A DNA stretch of 64,000 nt, from positions 18,786,001 to 18,850,000 of the forward strand of contig CM106585.1 of NCBI GenBank assembly GCA_048013815.1. Reading direction: 5' to 3'. Below, one piece after another: positions 1 through 9,756 of the stretch. The DNA is from Setoptus koraiensis. Lineage: Eukaryota; Animalia; Arthropoda. A program made the position numbers and the translations under genes. Position 1 is the first letter of the stretch. Every line of letters begins with the position of its first letter. The notes beneath the pieces are model-generated. The model worked only from the letters and a program-made list of their open reading frames with translations. It was not told the origin of the DNA and did not search any database.

Positions 1-1174
1 ACTATTCAAGGGACGCGTTATATATTCGGCTCGTAGAGATTCTGCCTCATTTTGGAACCAGAGTGTGACTGAATATAATATTATAAATAAGGTAACAGAT
101 GTATGACTAGGCCCCATGATGAGTGTGGAATGGACGGCAGGTATATAATAATATATGATAAATAATGATATTTTCCACAAACGTTCGTCCAAATGCAAAA
201 TTAAGCCAGGGAAAAAAATAAATAATAATAAGAAACAAATTTTGGCCTACAAGATATTTCAAGATGAAAGCCTGAAATTGTGTCTGTATTTTTGCAACGA
301 TATTTAGGCGCTCAATGCGAAAAGAATCCGTCAGTGGCGCTAGTAGCGTAACTGACAAGTGAGCAGCATATTGCTTTGTTTGTGATGACGCAACGCAGTC
401 TCTACTCTGATAAACTTCTAATTTACTATCTCTTACATAGTAATCGATAGAAATCAACAATTGAGACACATTTCTGTTGTTGCTTTTTTTGTACTGGGTG
501 TTCCGTTAGAATTATGCACTACGATAGAGATTCACTGAGCCGACAGTATCGCACCATTAATACAGCAAAATTTTCCTAAATTCAATTGAATGCTGGTCTA
601 TTCAGCGATCGATCTGAGAGCCTCATTTTCTCTGACTAAACTCACAAGTTGTCGGATGTGTAAGTCTGTCCACTAGATAGGTTATTTGTCGGTCTAACGA
701 CTGCGACAGTTTGCCGACACGACAGATGACTTTTCACTTTTGAGATGCTAATTATTTGGCTGACATTAATTATCGTTCACTATGAGAGTGTCAATCTTTT
801 TTTCGTCACCATCTTGTTGCCGAGAAAAGTTCACTCAATTTTTGGGCATGTTCTGGAAATGGTTGTTACTTCGCTCGCAGATGCACATGTCTTTTTGAAT
901 ATCCGTCGACATAAATTCGTTATCTGTCAACCGGAGTCGAAAATTTCACTTTTCCTCATGAATACTAGCTTATCTTTTTTTCGTTTTTAGCAAGTGGGTA
1001 CACCGCGTCATTCCTCGCAAGTCTTCGCCAATAGTCTTGTGGTAGTCATTCCATTTTTTTCTCTCTCGCTCTTTCGAGCTTCAACCGAATAGAATCTAGC
1101 TCACCCCATTCAGACGCTTGGCGATCTGATCAACATCGAACGACAACAATAATATCTCTTCAGTAATCTGCAAA

Positions 1175-4006
1175 ATGGAAGTCACAATATTGACCCTCTC
1201 CATGATGATCATAATGTCCACTACTGGACAACTGCTTCCAGTTGACGCTCAACTGAGAAATTTATTTGCTCTGGTGGGAAATCCTTTGGGTCTCCCACTT
1301 GACACGCAAAACGAGCCAAGCAACGATGTTATACTGCAAGATTTGGATGATTTCTTCCATCTGAATCAACTCAACGATCACATGATCAAAGATATAAGAT
1401 TAAAATTTTCTGATCAATCAACTTATCTGGAAGATACTAATTCGGCTGCCACGAATTACATGATAAAAACACTGCACGCCAAGTATAAAATGTCCATTAG
1501 AGGTCTTAGCACTGCCTTCATTAGTTTCTACGATTCGCCCGGAGAAAAAGAGCTCTCCAGCAGTCCAAGAGTGAATCAGACCTTGTGCGGTCAACAATTG
1601 GAATACATGCTATCGTTGGCTGTCCATGGCGACACTCATATATCTATGGGATCTAATTTGAATGTAATGCGCATATTGGATACATTTGGACGACCTGAAG
1701 TGAGTACATTCGAATCGCAATTACTCTGGCTGGGTAACTATCCGCAATGCATGTCGTCACGACTATTGATTCCCATTCAAGATAATAGACATGACAAGCA
1801 ATCAGCAGAAGCGTACGAGAAAGTTGCCATGCATTATTGTTTAGGTCACATCCGGTATCCAGAATGGCCGAATAGCAGCTTCTATTTAAAAAATTTGGCT
1901 ATCAAAACTGGACTGTGTCTACCAGATACGTGTGACTCGTTTAGTTTAGATTATCACAGAGATAAGATAGTTAAGTTAACCCTGACAAATTTCGGCCCGC
2001 GCCACGAAGGTCTCTACATGTCTTCACTGTATTGTTTGCCCCATCACCAGTCAAAGCTACTCGACACGAGCAACGATTTAGTATACCTATCATTTAAGTG
2101 GTTCGTCATTATATGGTCCACGATAGTGTTCGCTTGCACGTTTTACCATTTTTGTTTAATCACGCAAAACAACATGAGAATCAAGGCTGAAAAGAAGCTT
2201 GAGTTGAAATCACAATTGACAAATATGATCCGATCGCAAGTAGCAGACACCAGAGAGTTACAATCTAACAACGGTGGGGCCGCCTCAGAGCGACAATTAG
2301 TGGAGACATTGCGAGCGGACTATTTTAGTTTGCGTATGAAACAGAAGCGCGAAATAAAACGTTTGCGGCGCCTCACAGAACCGGAACGAGTACCAGCAAT
2401 AGTTGCTACATTTTCAATTATCAACAATTGTAGAAAATTATTTGACATTGGAGGCGACGATGATGAGGACGAAATCAAACAAAACGACGGCAACAACAGC
2501 AAACAATCACCTCGAATCGTTATCGTGGACGGTATAAAGGGTATGGCAATCACTATAGTTGTACTTGGCCACTTGGTCATGGGCAAAACACTTGGAACAT
2601 TCACCATCGCCGAGATGAAACAGAGTTTCAACTTGCCATTCAGCGATTACTTTTTCGTGGCTCCCTTCATGATGTTGAACTGTTTCCTTATTGTCACCGG
2701 TTTTCTGACCTCATTTCTAATGTTTAAGCGGGGCAAAAAGTTCATTGAGACACCCATTAATCACGTATTTATAACAGCGCTGAGATATTTGCGTGTTGTG
2801 CCAATATTGTTGTTTGCCGTATGGATGTCAAAGGCAAACTATAGAGTTTCCGGTCACGGCCCCATTTGGGACTATGGAACTGCCAATATATCGCACGGTA
2901 AGATATGTCACGATGAATCATGGTGGCTGTCTGTATTCTTACTAAACAATATGCGCCAAATGAATCTTCAGTGCGTCGGCCAGGCATGGTATTTGGGCAC
3001 CGACTTTCAATTGTTTCTGGTAACACCGCCGTTTTTAATATTGTTGTCGAAAAACCATCGCCTTGGCTACCTGGCCTGCGTGTTGGCCTGTCTAACGGGT
3101 ATACTAGCCTCAATTGTGGCGCTAATGTGGCTTCCCGTTAGCAAGCTCATCTACCTTTACAAGACACCATACAATTTCGCCCTAATTGAAGATGTCCACT
3201 TCTACTACACGACGCCCATAGTCAGATGCGGGCCTTATTTCATGGGCCTCGTGGTTGGTCATCTATTACATCGCATGAGCAGAGGCGAGTTCTCTTTGGA
3301 ATCGGCCGCCAGCGGCCAGAATTGGCTCAAAAGATGGCCAGCAAACACAATTTTGTCCAATGGTACAAATAATGACGATGACAATGATACAAACCGTAAT
3401 TCTGGAATCGCAAACAACGGCGCACAAATTAAACGAAGACTAATTAGCTTTTTCAAGGCGCATTCGGTATTGATTGGTCTCACGGTGACCATATTGACTT
3501 TTGGCAGCGTACCGAGCTACTTGTTCACTGATGTTTTGCGAATCGAGGGTACATGGGACGAACCCATCGTACGTTTATCAATGGCAATTTTCTATAGCGT
3601 GGCCAATTATGCATTTTGTCTATCGATGGCAGTTGCTTTGTTTTTCGCCGGCGCTGGATACGATAAAACCTACTATTTCTCTATATTCAAATTTAAACTT
3701 TGGCGTCCATTAGGGCGCGCCTCATTATCGATTCTGTTGTTTCACTACATAATCCTGATAGCATTCACCTTAAACAATTCAACAAGACTCGAGTCGTCCA
3801 GTATGAAGACTCTATTAACCTATTTGTTTGGCGGAGGTATAGTCTGTATAAGTTGCTGCGTAGCATTGTGTGTCATGTTTGAGTATCCGGTGGTCAACAC
3901 AATCGAATATGTAGTCAAAGCACGCTTTTATCGGCAACGAAGCAGTAATTTAGATGAACACGAAATGAAACTAGAGACACGTTACAATGGTCATCAACAA
4001 TACTAA
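1175..4006 (+). CDS. nrf-6: NRF-6 / OACYL-family multi-pass membrane O-acyltransferase (943 aa, intronless)
   Basis: ATG in aaaATGg context and a hydrophobic leader. N-terminal NRF-like region (ILDTFGRP...WLGNYPQC...YC, GLCLPDTC). Acyltransferase-3 motifs: VDGIKGMAITIVVLGH, FLIVTGFLTS, RYLRVVP, AWYLGTDFQLFLVTP, YTTPIVRCGPYFMG, WRPLGRASLSILLFH, FEYP. Assignment is at family level. Confidence 0.9.
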   Translation: MEVTILTLSMMIIMSTTGQLLPVDAQLRNLFALVGNPLGLPLDTQNEPSNDVILQDLDDFFHLNQLNDHMIKDIRLKFSDQSTYLEDTNSAATNYMIKTLHAKYKMSIRGLSTAFISFYDSPGEKELSSSPRVNQTLCGQQLEYMLSLAVHGDTHISMGSNLNVMRILDTFGRPEVSTFESQLLWLGNYPQCMSSRLLIPIQDNRHDKQSAEAYEKVAMHYCLGHIRYPEWPNSSFYLKNLAIKTGLCLPDTCDSFSLDYHRDKIVKLTLTNFGPRHEGLYMSSLYCLPHHQSKLLDTSNDLVYLSFKWFVIIWSTIVFACTFYHFCLITQNNMRIKAEKKLELKSQLTNMIRSQVADTRELQSNNGGAASERQLVETLRADYFSLRMKQKREIKRLRRLTEPERVPAIVATFSIINNCRKLFDIGGDDDEDEIKQNDGNNSKQSPRIVIVDGIKGMAITIVVLGHLVMGKTLGTFTIAEMKQSFNLPFSDYFFVAPFMMLNCFLIVTGFLTSFLMFKRGKKFIETPINHVFITALRYLRVVPILLFAVWMSKANYRVSGHGPIWDYGTANISHGKICHDESWWLSVFLLNNMRQMNLQCVGQAWYLGTDFQLFLVTPPFLILLSKNHRLGYLACVLACLTGILASIVALMWLPVSKLIYLYKTPYNFALIEDVHFYYTTPIVRCGPYFMGLVVGHLLHRMSRGEFSLESAASGQNWLKRWPANTILSNGTNNDDDNDTNRNSGIANNGAQIKRRLISFFKAHSVLIGLTVTILTFGSVPSYLFTDVLRIEGTWDEPIVRLSMAIFYSVANYAFCLSMAVALFFAGAGYDKTYYFSIFKFKLWRPLGRASLSILLFHYIILIAFTLNNSTRLESSSMKTLLTYLFGGGIVCISCCVALCVMFEYPVVNTIEYVVKARFYRQRSSNLDEHEMKLETRYNGHQQY

Positions 4007-4039
4007 TGTACCGGTTGTTATTATTATCTATTGTTTAAC

Positions 4040-4045
4040 AATAAA
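4040..4045 (+). terminator. Candidate polyadenylation signal (AATAAA) of the NRF-6-like gene
   Basis: AATAAA 34 nt after the stop codon, inside a 97-bp gap before the convergent H3-variant gene. Confidence 0.5.
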
Positions 4046-4103
4046 TCACAGTTTGAATACAAACTATTCGCTCGTCTTTTGCGATTATGATCTTAAGGTG
4101 CCA

Positions 4104-5012
4104 TTAGCTTCCTGGAAGGTTGGCCATCCTTTGGGCCAAATGGATGTCCTTGACAAATAATGTGACTCTACCTGCATGTATCGTTGCATAGTTGGCATTT
4201 TCGTATAAGTTGGTCAGGAAGGATTCAGCCGAGCGTTGCATGGCAATCAAGGCAGCATTTTGGAATTTAATTTCCGCTTTCATGGCCCGACCAACCTCTC
4301 TGACATATCTTATGAATACGGCTCTCGGTATGCAAAAATTTGTATCATCCTCATAGCGTTTTATATCTCTCATCAAACGAAGATTACTGGCCGCCACTCT
4401 GGCTCTAATCATGGACACATTGGCACGGCTCTCTAGCTCGTTGTTGTTTGCATCAACTGATGGTCCCGGTGCCACTCCTCTTCTTGGTGTAGTCTTTCGA
4501 CGACTGCCTGATTGTTGCGCCGGTTGTGTCACCGGTTCTAGCGTGAGTTCTTGCGAGGATTCTTGCGTTGATTCTTGCGTTGATTCTTGCGTTGATTCTT
4601 GCGTGGACTCTTGCGTGGATTCTTGCGTGGATTCTTGCGAGGATTCTTGCGTGGGTTGTGTCGTCGGTTGTTGCGTCGATTGTATCGTCGGTTGTTGCGT
4701 CAATTGTATCGTCGGTTGTTGCGTCGATTGTATCGTCGGTTGTAGGTTTGTTTGTGGGCCCAGCACGAGTCTAACCCGACCTCCTTTGCCTCTGCCCATT
4801 CCTACTTTACCCCTGCCTATTCCTACTTTACCCCTGCCTAGCCCTACTGCACGGCTCGAGGAGGTCTGGTTGGAGACGTCCCCATTATTAATCACCCGGC
4901 GAATCTCTTCAATTTTCTTGTCTACGGCGTCCTCAATTGATGCCGTGCTCTTGCGTGCCGTCTGTGTATTCCTGCGTTTCCTCCGGTTCACTATGTTATT
5001 ATTTTCATCCAT
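4104..5012 (-). CDS. CENPA: Divergent histone H3 variant, probably centromeric CenH3/CENP-A-like (302 aa from first ATG, intronless)
   Basis: C-terminal H3 fold: RDIKRYEDDTNFCIPRAVFIRYVREV...KFQNAALIAMQRSAESFLTNLYENANYATIHAGRVTLFVKDIHLAQRM. H3 Q68 is replaced by I and T107 by A, and HAGRVTLF matches human CENP-A. The N-tail is long and non-canonical. The ORF track starts at TTG 5018; the first ATG is at 5012. H3-family membership is near certain; CenH3 identity is less so. Confidence 0.7.
   Translation of the reverse strand: MDENNNIVNRRKRRNTQTARKSTASIEDAVDKKIEEIRRVINNGDVSNQTSSSRAVGLGRGKVGIGRGKVGMGRGKGGRVRLVLGPQTNLQPTIQSTQQPTIQLTQQPTIQSTQQPTTQPTQESSQESTQESTQESTQESTQESTQESTQESSQELTLEPVTQPAQQSGSRRKTTPRRGVAPGPSVDANNNELESRANVSMIRARVAASNLRLMRDIKRYEDDTNFCIPRAVFIRYVREVGRAMKAEIKFQNAALIAMQRSAESFLTNLYENANYATIHAGRVTLFVKDIHLAQRMANLPGS
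4549..4745 (-). repeat. Coding tandem repeats in the H3-variant tail: 12-bp unit (TQES, about 8 copies) and 24-bp unit (QSTQQPTI-like, about 4 copies)
   Basis: Plus strand reads gattcttgcgt(t/g) repeatedly, then gattgtatcgtcggttgttgcgtc repeatedly. Confidence 0.95.
4778..4845 (-). repeat. 21-bp coding repeat encoding GRGKVG(I/M) units ending in GRGKGG
   Basis: cctactttacccctgccta(tt) occurs twice, plus a diverged third copy; translation is GLGRGKVGIGRGKVGMGRGKGGR. Confidence 0.9.
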
Positions 5013-5458
5013 CGTCAACTATTGATGATAAAGTAAGTATAAATTTTACTAAGTAAATTGTGGCCGCTATAGGAATTTCATTTAAATTGGTGGCTCTAGA
5101 ATGCACGAATGTTGTCGGGTGCAACTCCTTCAGTCAGCAATTTCAACGAACAGATAATTGCAATCTTGGCGATTACGCCCCCTTGCGCGTACTTTTTGAT
5201 TGCTGCGTCTCTTTGGGGGGAGCAGCACAGTTTTTCCCGCCAGAGAAACTTATCACGCCAAGTTGAAACGTTGTCATTGCCTGAAGACTAACCCATTTGT
5301 AGTTGCGGTTGCTACCGCAAGAGCGAGCGCGCAACATATGATTTGTATTTTTGTTATTCCACTTGGCGAAACAACGTGGTGCTTTCGGCGTGCATGAACA
5401 TCCATTTTATTATTCTTTCATTTACAAATATGTATCGGGACAAACCAAATGCAACGAC
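5013..5458. promoter_or_regulatory. Putative bidirectional promoter (H3 variant / OGG1) with an E2F-type site
   Basis: 446 bp between divergent ATGs; TTTCCCGC at 5233-5240 fits the E2F consensus TTTSSCGC. Confidence 0.5.
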
Positions 5459-6715
5459 ATGAGAAGAACACGAATCAAAACTTGCCAGCCACCGAAGGAG
5501 ACGAGAGAGACCAGCAAAAGAGTCAACAGCGACGATGTTCACAATATTAAGCGAATCAAGGGGCAATCATCTCAACATGATCAGACCGATTTCAACATCA
5601 GAGAGGGATTTCTGCAAGTCAGCGAAGACGACCTGAATCTAGACAGAACTCTTCTTGGAGGACAATCTTTTCGATGGCGCAAGCAGCCAACAGTTAAAAG
5701 TTGCAACTCAAACACTTGTTATACTGGACCTATTGGCAATAGTGTATATAGACTTTGGCGAGAAACACCGGACAAGGTCGCTTTTAAATGTTATCAGCCG
5801 CTCAGCAATCTCGACAAAGACAAAGCGGATCCCGCAGCGGTGCTTCGTGATTATCTCAGATTGGATTATGATCTTTCAAATTTATACAAACACTGGTCGG
5901 ACAAGGATGAAAATTTCTCCAGGCGCGCAACCAGCTACAGCGGATTTCGGATACTAAGACAAGATCCAGTTGAGAACGTATTTAGTTTCATATGTGCCAC
6001 AAACAATAACATTAAACGTATTAGTGGAATGGTCGAGAGTATGTGTGAACGGTTTGGCAACTATCTCATGACCATAAGCAGTGGTGGAGACATTCCGGAT
6101 GACAAGAGATCCTCTGTGAAAGATGATAAGAGCACTGTCACTAATTCTAGCCAGCAGTCGGCCTATGATCTCAGGATGCAAAACGAAGAAAAATACTATT
6201 CTTTTCCCACCGTAACACGATTAGCCGAGGAGGATGTACACGATTGTTTAAGACACGAGCTAGGCTTCGGATACAGAGCAAAATTTATAGCAAAATCTGC
6301 CCAGCTCCTATTAACTCTAAGCGATAGCACTGGCTATTCCGATCCACGAGATTACTTGCTTTCCTTACGCAAAAAAGCCTACAATGAGTCATGTTCAGAG
6401 CTACAAAAGCTGCCTGGCATTGGAAGAAAAGTCGCCGATTGTATATGTCTTATGTCTATGGATCATTTAGGTTCGGTACCTACAGATTGTCACATCTACG
6501 AAATAGTTTGTCGAGACTACATGCAAAACCTGAAAAAAGAACGCAAATCTCTAACCGAATCTGTGCATAATCTCATTGGAGATTACTTTCGCGATCTACA
6601 TGGTCCTTTGGCTGGATGGTCAACGAGTGTTCTGTTTATTGCCGAGCTCAAGCATTTGCAAGAAGACAAAGATCTTAAAAAGACAAAAGTGAAAAAAGAA
6701 TCCAAGAAGAGCTGA
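5459..6715 (+). CDS. OGG1: 8-oxoguanine DNA glycosylase / AP lyase (418 aa from first ATG, intronless)
   Basis: LNLDRTLLGGQSFRW; GFRILRQDPVENVFSFICATNNNIKRISGMVE; LGFGYRAKFI; HhH-GPD motif LPGIGRKVADCICLM...VPTDCH with the catalytic Lys and Asp kept; GPLAGW...LF. The track's 5351 start is TTG; the first ATG is at 5459. Confidence 0.95.
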   Translation: MRRTRIKTCQPPKETRETSKRVNSDDVHNIKRIKGQSSQHDQTDFNIREGFLQVSEDDLNLDRTLLGGQSFRWRKQPTVKSCNSNTCYTGPIGNSVYRLWRETPDKVAFKCYQPLSNLDKDKADPAAVLRDYLRLDYDLSNLYKHWSDKDENFSRRATSYSGFRILRQDPVENVFSFICATNNNIKRISGMVESMCERFGNYLMTISSGGDIPDDKRSSVKDDKSTVTNSSQQSAYDLRMQNEEKYYSFPTVTRLAEEDVHDCLRHELGFGYRAKFIAKSAQLLLTLSDSTGYSDPRDYLLSLRKKAYNESCSELQKLPGIGRKVADCICLMSMDHLGSVPTDCHIYEIVCRDYMQNLKKERKSLTESVHNLIGDYFRDLHGPLAGWSTSVLFIAELKHLQEDKDLKKTKVKKESKKS

Positions 6716-7259
6716 TGTCTAACATAAAATTAGTGTAGCTATGGTCGGTTTTATACTCTGTTCATAGAAACAACTCACACAGCAAATTTGTGTTCGGCTT
6801 CATGTTAAAATCAGTGAATCTTGATTAAAAAACTCCAATCACCAATTCGCCACGAATTTAACTACTTTGACACCTTCACAAAGAATTATCAAGACTGTTC
6901 GCTCTGTTTATTAATCGTTGCAGTATTTTGATTTTCTCCAAACTAGGCTATCGTAGCTATGTAAGCTGCATCTTTTATACCTATCTCGTTCGAGCTCACT
7001 ACTGTTTGTTCTCCCTCGCAACGTAATACGCAACGTCGCCTCTCTTGCCCTATCATTCATCATTTATTGTTCATAATCACTAACATCACGCTATGAATCG
7101 ATCATCTTCAATCTTATTGCAATGTCATTGATGAGAACAGACAACCATCTTCGGTGACGTTATCACAATATCGATGTTTCAATGATCCGACCACGTGTGA
7201 GTTTTTGTGAGGCCAACTCGAGCGAAACTCGCGCAACAATTTTTTGTCCAGCATTTATG

Positions 7260-8798
7260 TTAAAACCAGTGATCCAATTGCGGGTTAGTTTTTGAGAAGC
7301 CCCAAATTGATATTCCCATTCCAGCGAGAAAAAGTAGAAGGAGCGAACATACAACTATACTGATAATTATTCCAACTTCAGCACCAGGTGATCCGCCCAA
7401 ATGATGCACTACATGGGACCCATGGACCCCATGATGGTTTATTATAACTATATGATTAACGGCATGACCAAACCCGTGACTGACAGCGCTTGTTCCTCCG
7501 AATTTGACGTTATTCTCAGAATTTGCCAAATTATCTAGCATTGATTCTTTGAATGAATCATCCAAAATAGATAACTTGATGTACTTTGAGACCAACCGTT
7601 CAGCGCTGCTCGAACGTTTCGTAAGCCATCCTCTGAGGCCTTGCGAATAGGTGTAACATTCGAGATCCTCATCAAATATCTGGAAGTTGTCCACCACCTC
7701 TGCATATTTGTGCACTTTTCTAACTTCACCATCATGTTTTTTGGTTAGATCGACAGCTATATGATCGTCGTCTGACGCTTCTTTGTTCAGCTTAAGCGAA
7801 GTTTCCTGTTCCAAATCGAGCCTCGCCTCAACAATGAGCGCACCCTGGCAGTATTGTACAGCCTGTATCCAGTTTCGAACTCGTTCATCTGCATTCAAGC
7901 CTACGTCCAGAGTGTCTAAGTCATTTCGTGCCAAATACCCCCTCAAAGCAAGTCGTGCAATTGCATAAATTGAACTCTGAGCATACTCATCTATCAATTC
8001 ACAAGCACTCTTCGTTTTGGTAAACTCATCGAGCGCCTCGTTAGAATTAATTGTCATGTACAGCTTAAACTCTGCTTCCGGTGATGGTTTCAGCGTGTCT
8101 AACAGCACAACATTCTCTAGTTTAGTAAAAACATTGGGCGCGTATTTTATAACGAGACTGAACAGTTTACGCATAACACCAGACAGATTCTTTGCGTTTG
8201 TCCCATCGAAGGTCTGATTGGTTTTCGTTGACAGTCTGACAATTCTCTTGACAGCTTTCACCACTTCGGCATTCTCCTCTGCCAATTGTATCTTTCGTGC
8301 CAACGATTTCTTGCAAGTCAACACAACTTGCCCAGTAAACAATCGAAAGAATTTCAAAAATCTGTGTCTCTGTTTTCGTTTGAGATATTTACTACGGCTT
8401 GCATTGCCTCTTAGCTGCTCGTCAAATCGCAACAATTGCTCGATGTATTCCGGTTCGCAAACAGAATGAATCTCTTTCGCTTGAAGAATAATCTTTCGGA
8501 ACTCCTTGATGTCTTCTGTTCCATTCACACTGCGTAGACAAGTGTTTATCAATGTATTCTGTTCTTGTGTGGCAGCCGCGTTACCCTCCGGCAAAAGTCC
8601 ATCCAGCAATTCTAGATACCCTTGTACACAATCCGTTTTCTTGGTCAACTTTACACATTGTTCTTTAGTCAGAGGAATCAAACTCTCACCATAGATCACG
8701 TCAATGAGTAAAAATTGGCCCACAAGCGCCAGAGAGGCAATTAGCAAAATGTTTGTATAAACCATATTTTTCGAACCTTTTATTTCCGGTTGTTTCAT
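7260..8798 (-). CDS. Uncharacterised secreted/type-I membrane protein with a His-rich juxtamembrane segment (512 aa; signal peptide fits best from Met at 8765)
   Basis: 1.5-kb uninterrupted ORF with normal amino-acid composition. Hydrophobic NILLIASLALVGQFLLIDVIYG leader, several Cys, and a C-terminal TM (VGIIISIVVCSLLLLFLAGMGISIW). No family recognised. Confidence 0.8.
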   Translation of the reverse strand: MKQPEIKGSKNMVYTNILLIASLALVGQFLLIDVIYGESLIPLTKEQCVKLTKKTDCVQGYLELLDGLLPEGNAAATQEQNTLINTCLRSVNGTEDIKEFRKIILQAKEIHSVCEPEYIEQLLRFDEQLRGNASRSKYLKRKQRHRFLKFFRLFTGQVVLTCKKSLARKIQLAEENAEVVKAVKRIVRLSTKTNQTFDGTNAKNLSGVMRKLFSLVIKYAPNVFTKLENVVLLDTLKPSPEAEFKLYMTINSNEALDEFTKTKSACELIDEYAQSSIYAIARLALRGYLARNDLDTLDVGLNADERVRNWIQAVQYCQGALIVEARLDLEQETSLKLNKEASDDDHIAVDLTKKHDGEVRKVHKYAEVVDNFQIFDEDLECYTYSQGLRGWLTKRSSSAERLVSKYIKLSILDDSFKESMLDNLANSENNVKFGGTSAVSHGFGHAVNHIVIINHHGVHGSHVVHHLGGSPGAEVGIIISIVVCSLLLLFLAGMGISIWGFSKTNPQLDHWF

Positions 8799-9756
8799 AG
8801 GAGTTTTCTATGGACACTGAGTGGGAGAGCTACTGAAGGGTTTTTTCAACAATTTATACCTCATTTCCACAACTCTTTGTTGCACTCATCATGAATATAC
8901 AATTTCTATTTTTAGTCAGACTATAAATAATTCATGGCCCCCACGAAGACTTTATACGAAACTTATATGACAGACTTTTATTCAGTGAGATACAATCAAC
9001 GCCGGCTAAAAAGATACGAAATGTCGAACAAATGTATATATCATAACTAGGCAGAACAGAATCGGTGGTTGCAACTACTCAAAATCGGTTTCTATGCGAT
9101 CCAAACGTCGCATTTTTCCGTTTTTTTTTTCTGTTTTTGTCGGTCAAAATTAGTAATCGAGGGGAGGCAGGCGGAAGGAAGACCTCCCGGATTCAAAACG
9201 GGGAGGAAACCTCACCAACTCCCAAGAATTCATGAATTGACATTCTCATTTGATATTTCGTTGAAACGTGGAAGAATTTATGGAAAAAAAAACTTTTTTT
9301 TCAATAATTATGCCTGCAAAGGGTTAAAGTTCGATGTTTTCGGTGAATTCAAATAGGGATTGCAAGACGTATCTCAGTGGGTGTGACCCAAATACGAAGT
9401 TTTGGAGTTTTGCCGTCAGGAGAAAAATTTCGCCTGTTATAACTACAATACATTAAAACTGTTTTCTTGTAAAATTGTGACAAGTTTTACCGAGCTATAG
9501 CGAATCACACACGACGTGGAAATAACATTCGATGCGAAAATCCCCTCCGGGGCTAATTGTCAGGTAACGTGGTCGCGAGATAAGAGAGGAAATAATAACG
9601 ACTAGCAAGGCGGATAAAGATTAAGTATATTGAGGAGACGAAAGTATGCAATGCACTGGGTATGTTGTTTTTACTTGTTTTTGTATCTCACAACTAGTTA
9701 ATTTTTAACATGATCGCACATGAAAATATAGCACTTTTACGCTTTTATCCTACAAG

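Noticed and set aside
1-470. Possible exons of a gene entering from the left edge, and the 120-aa minus ORF
   Set aside because: Donor-like sites exist but no recognisable product; insufficient context.
4411-5025. 204-aa Cys-rich ORF (SCVD repeats), metallothionein/keratin-associated-like
   Set aside because: Antisense shadow of the TQES repeats of the H3-variant gene, and it starts mid-gene.
8950-9700. Intergenic segment inspected for tRNA, snRNA or transposon ends
   Set aside because: No tRNA cloverleaf, snRNA signature or terminal repeats were recognised.
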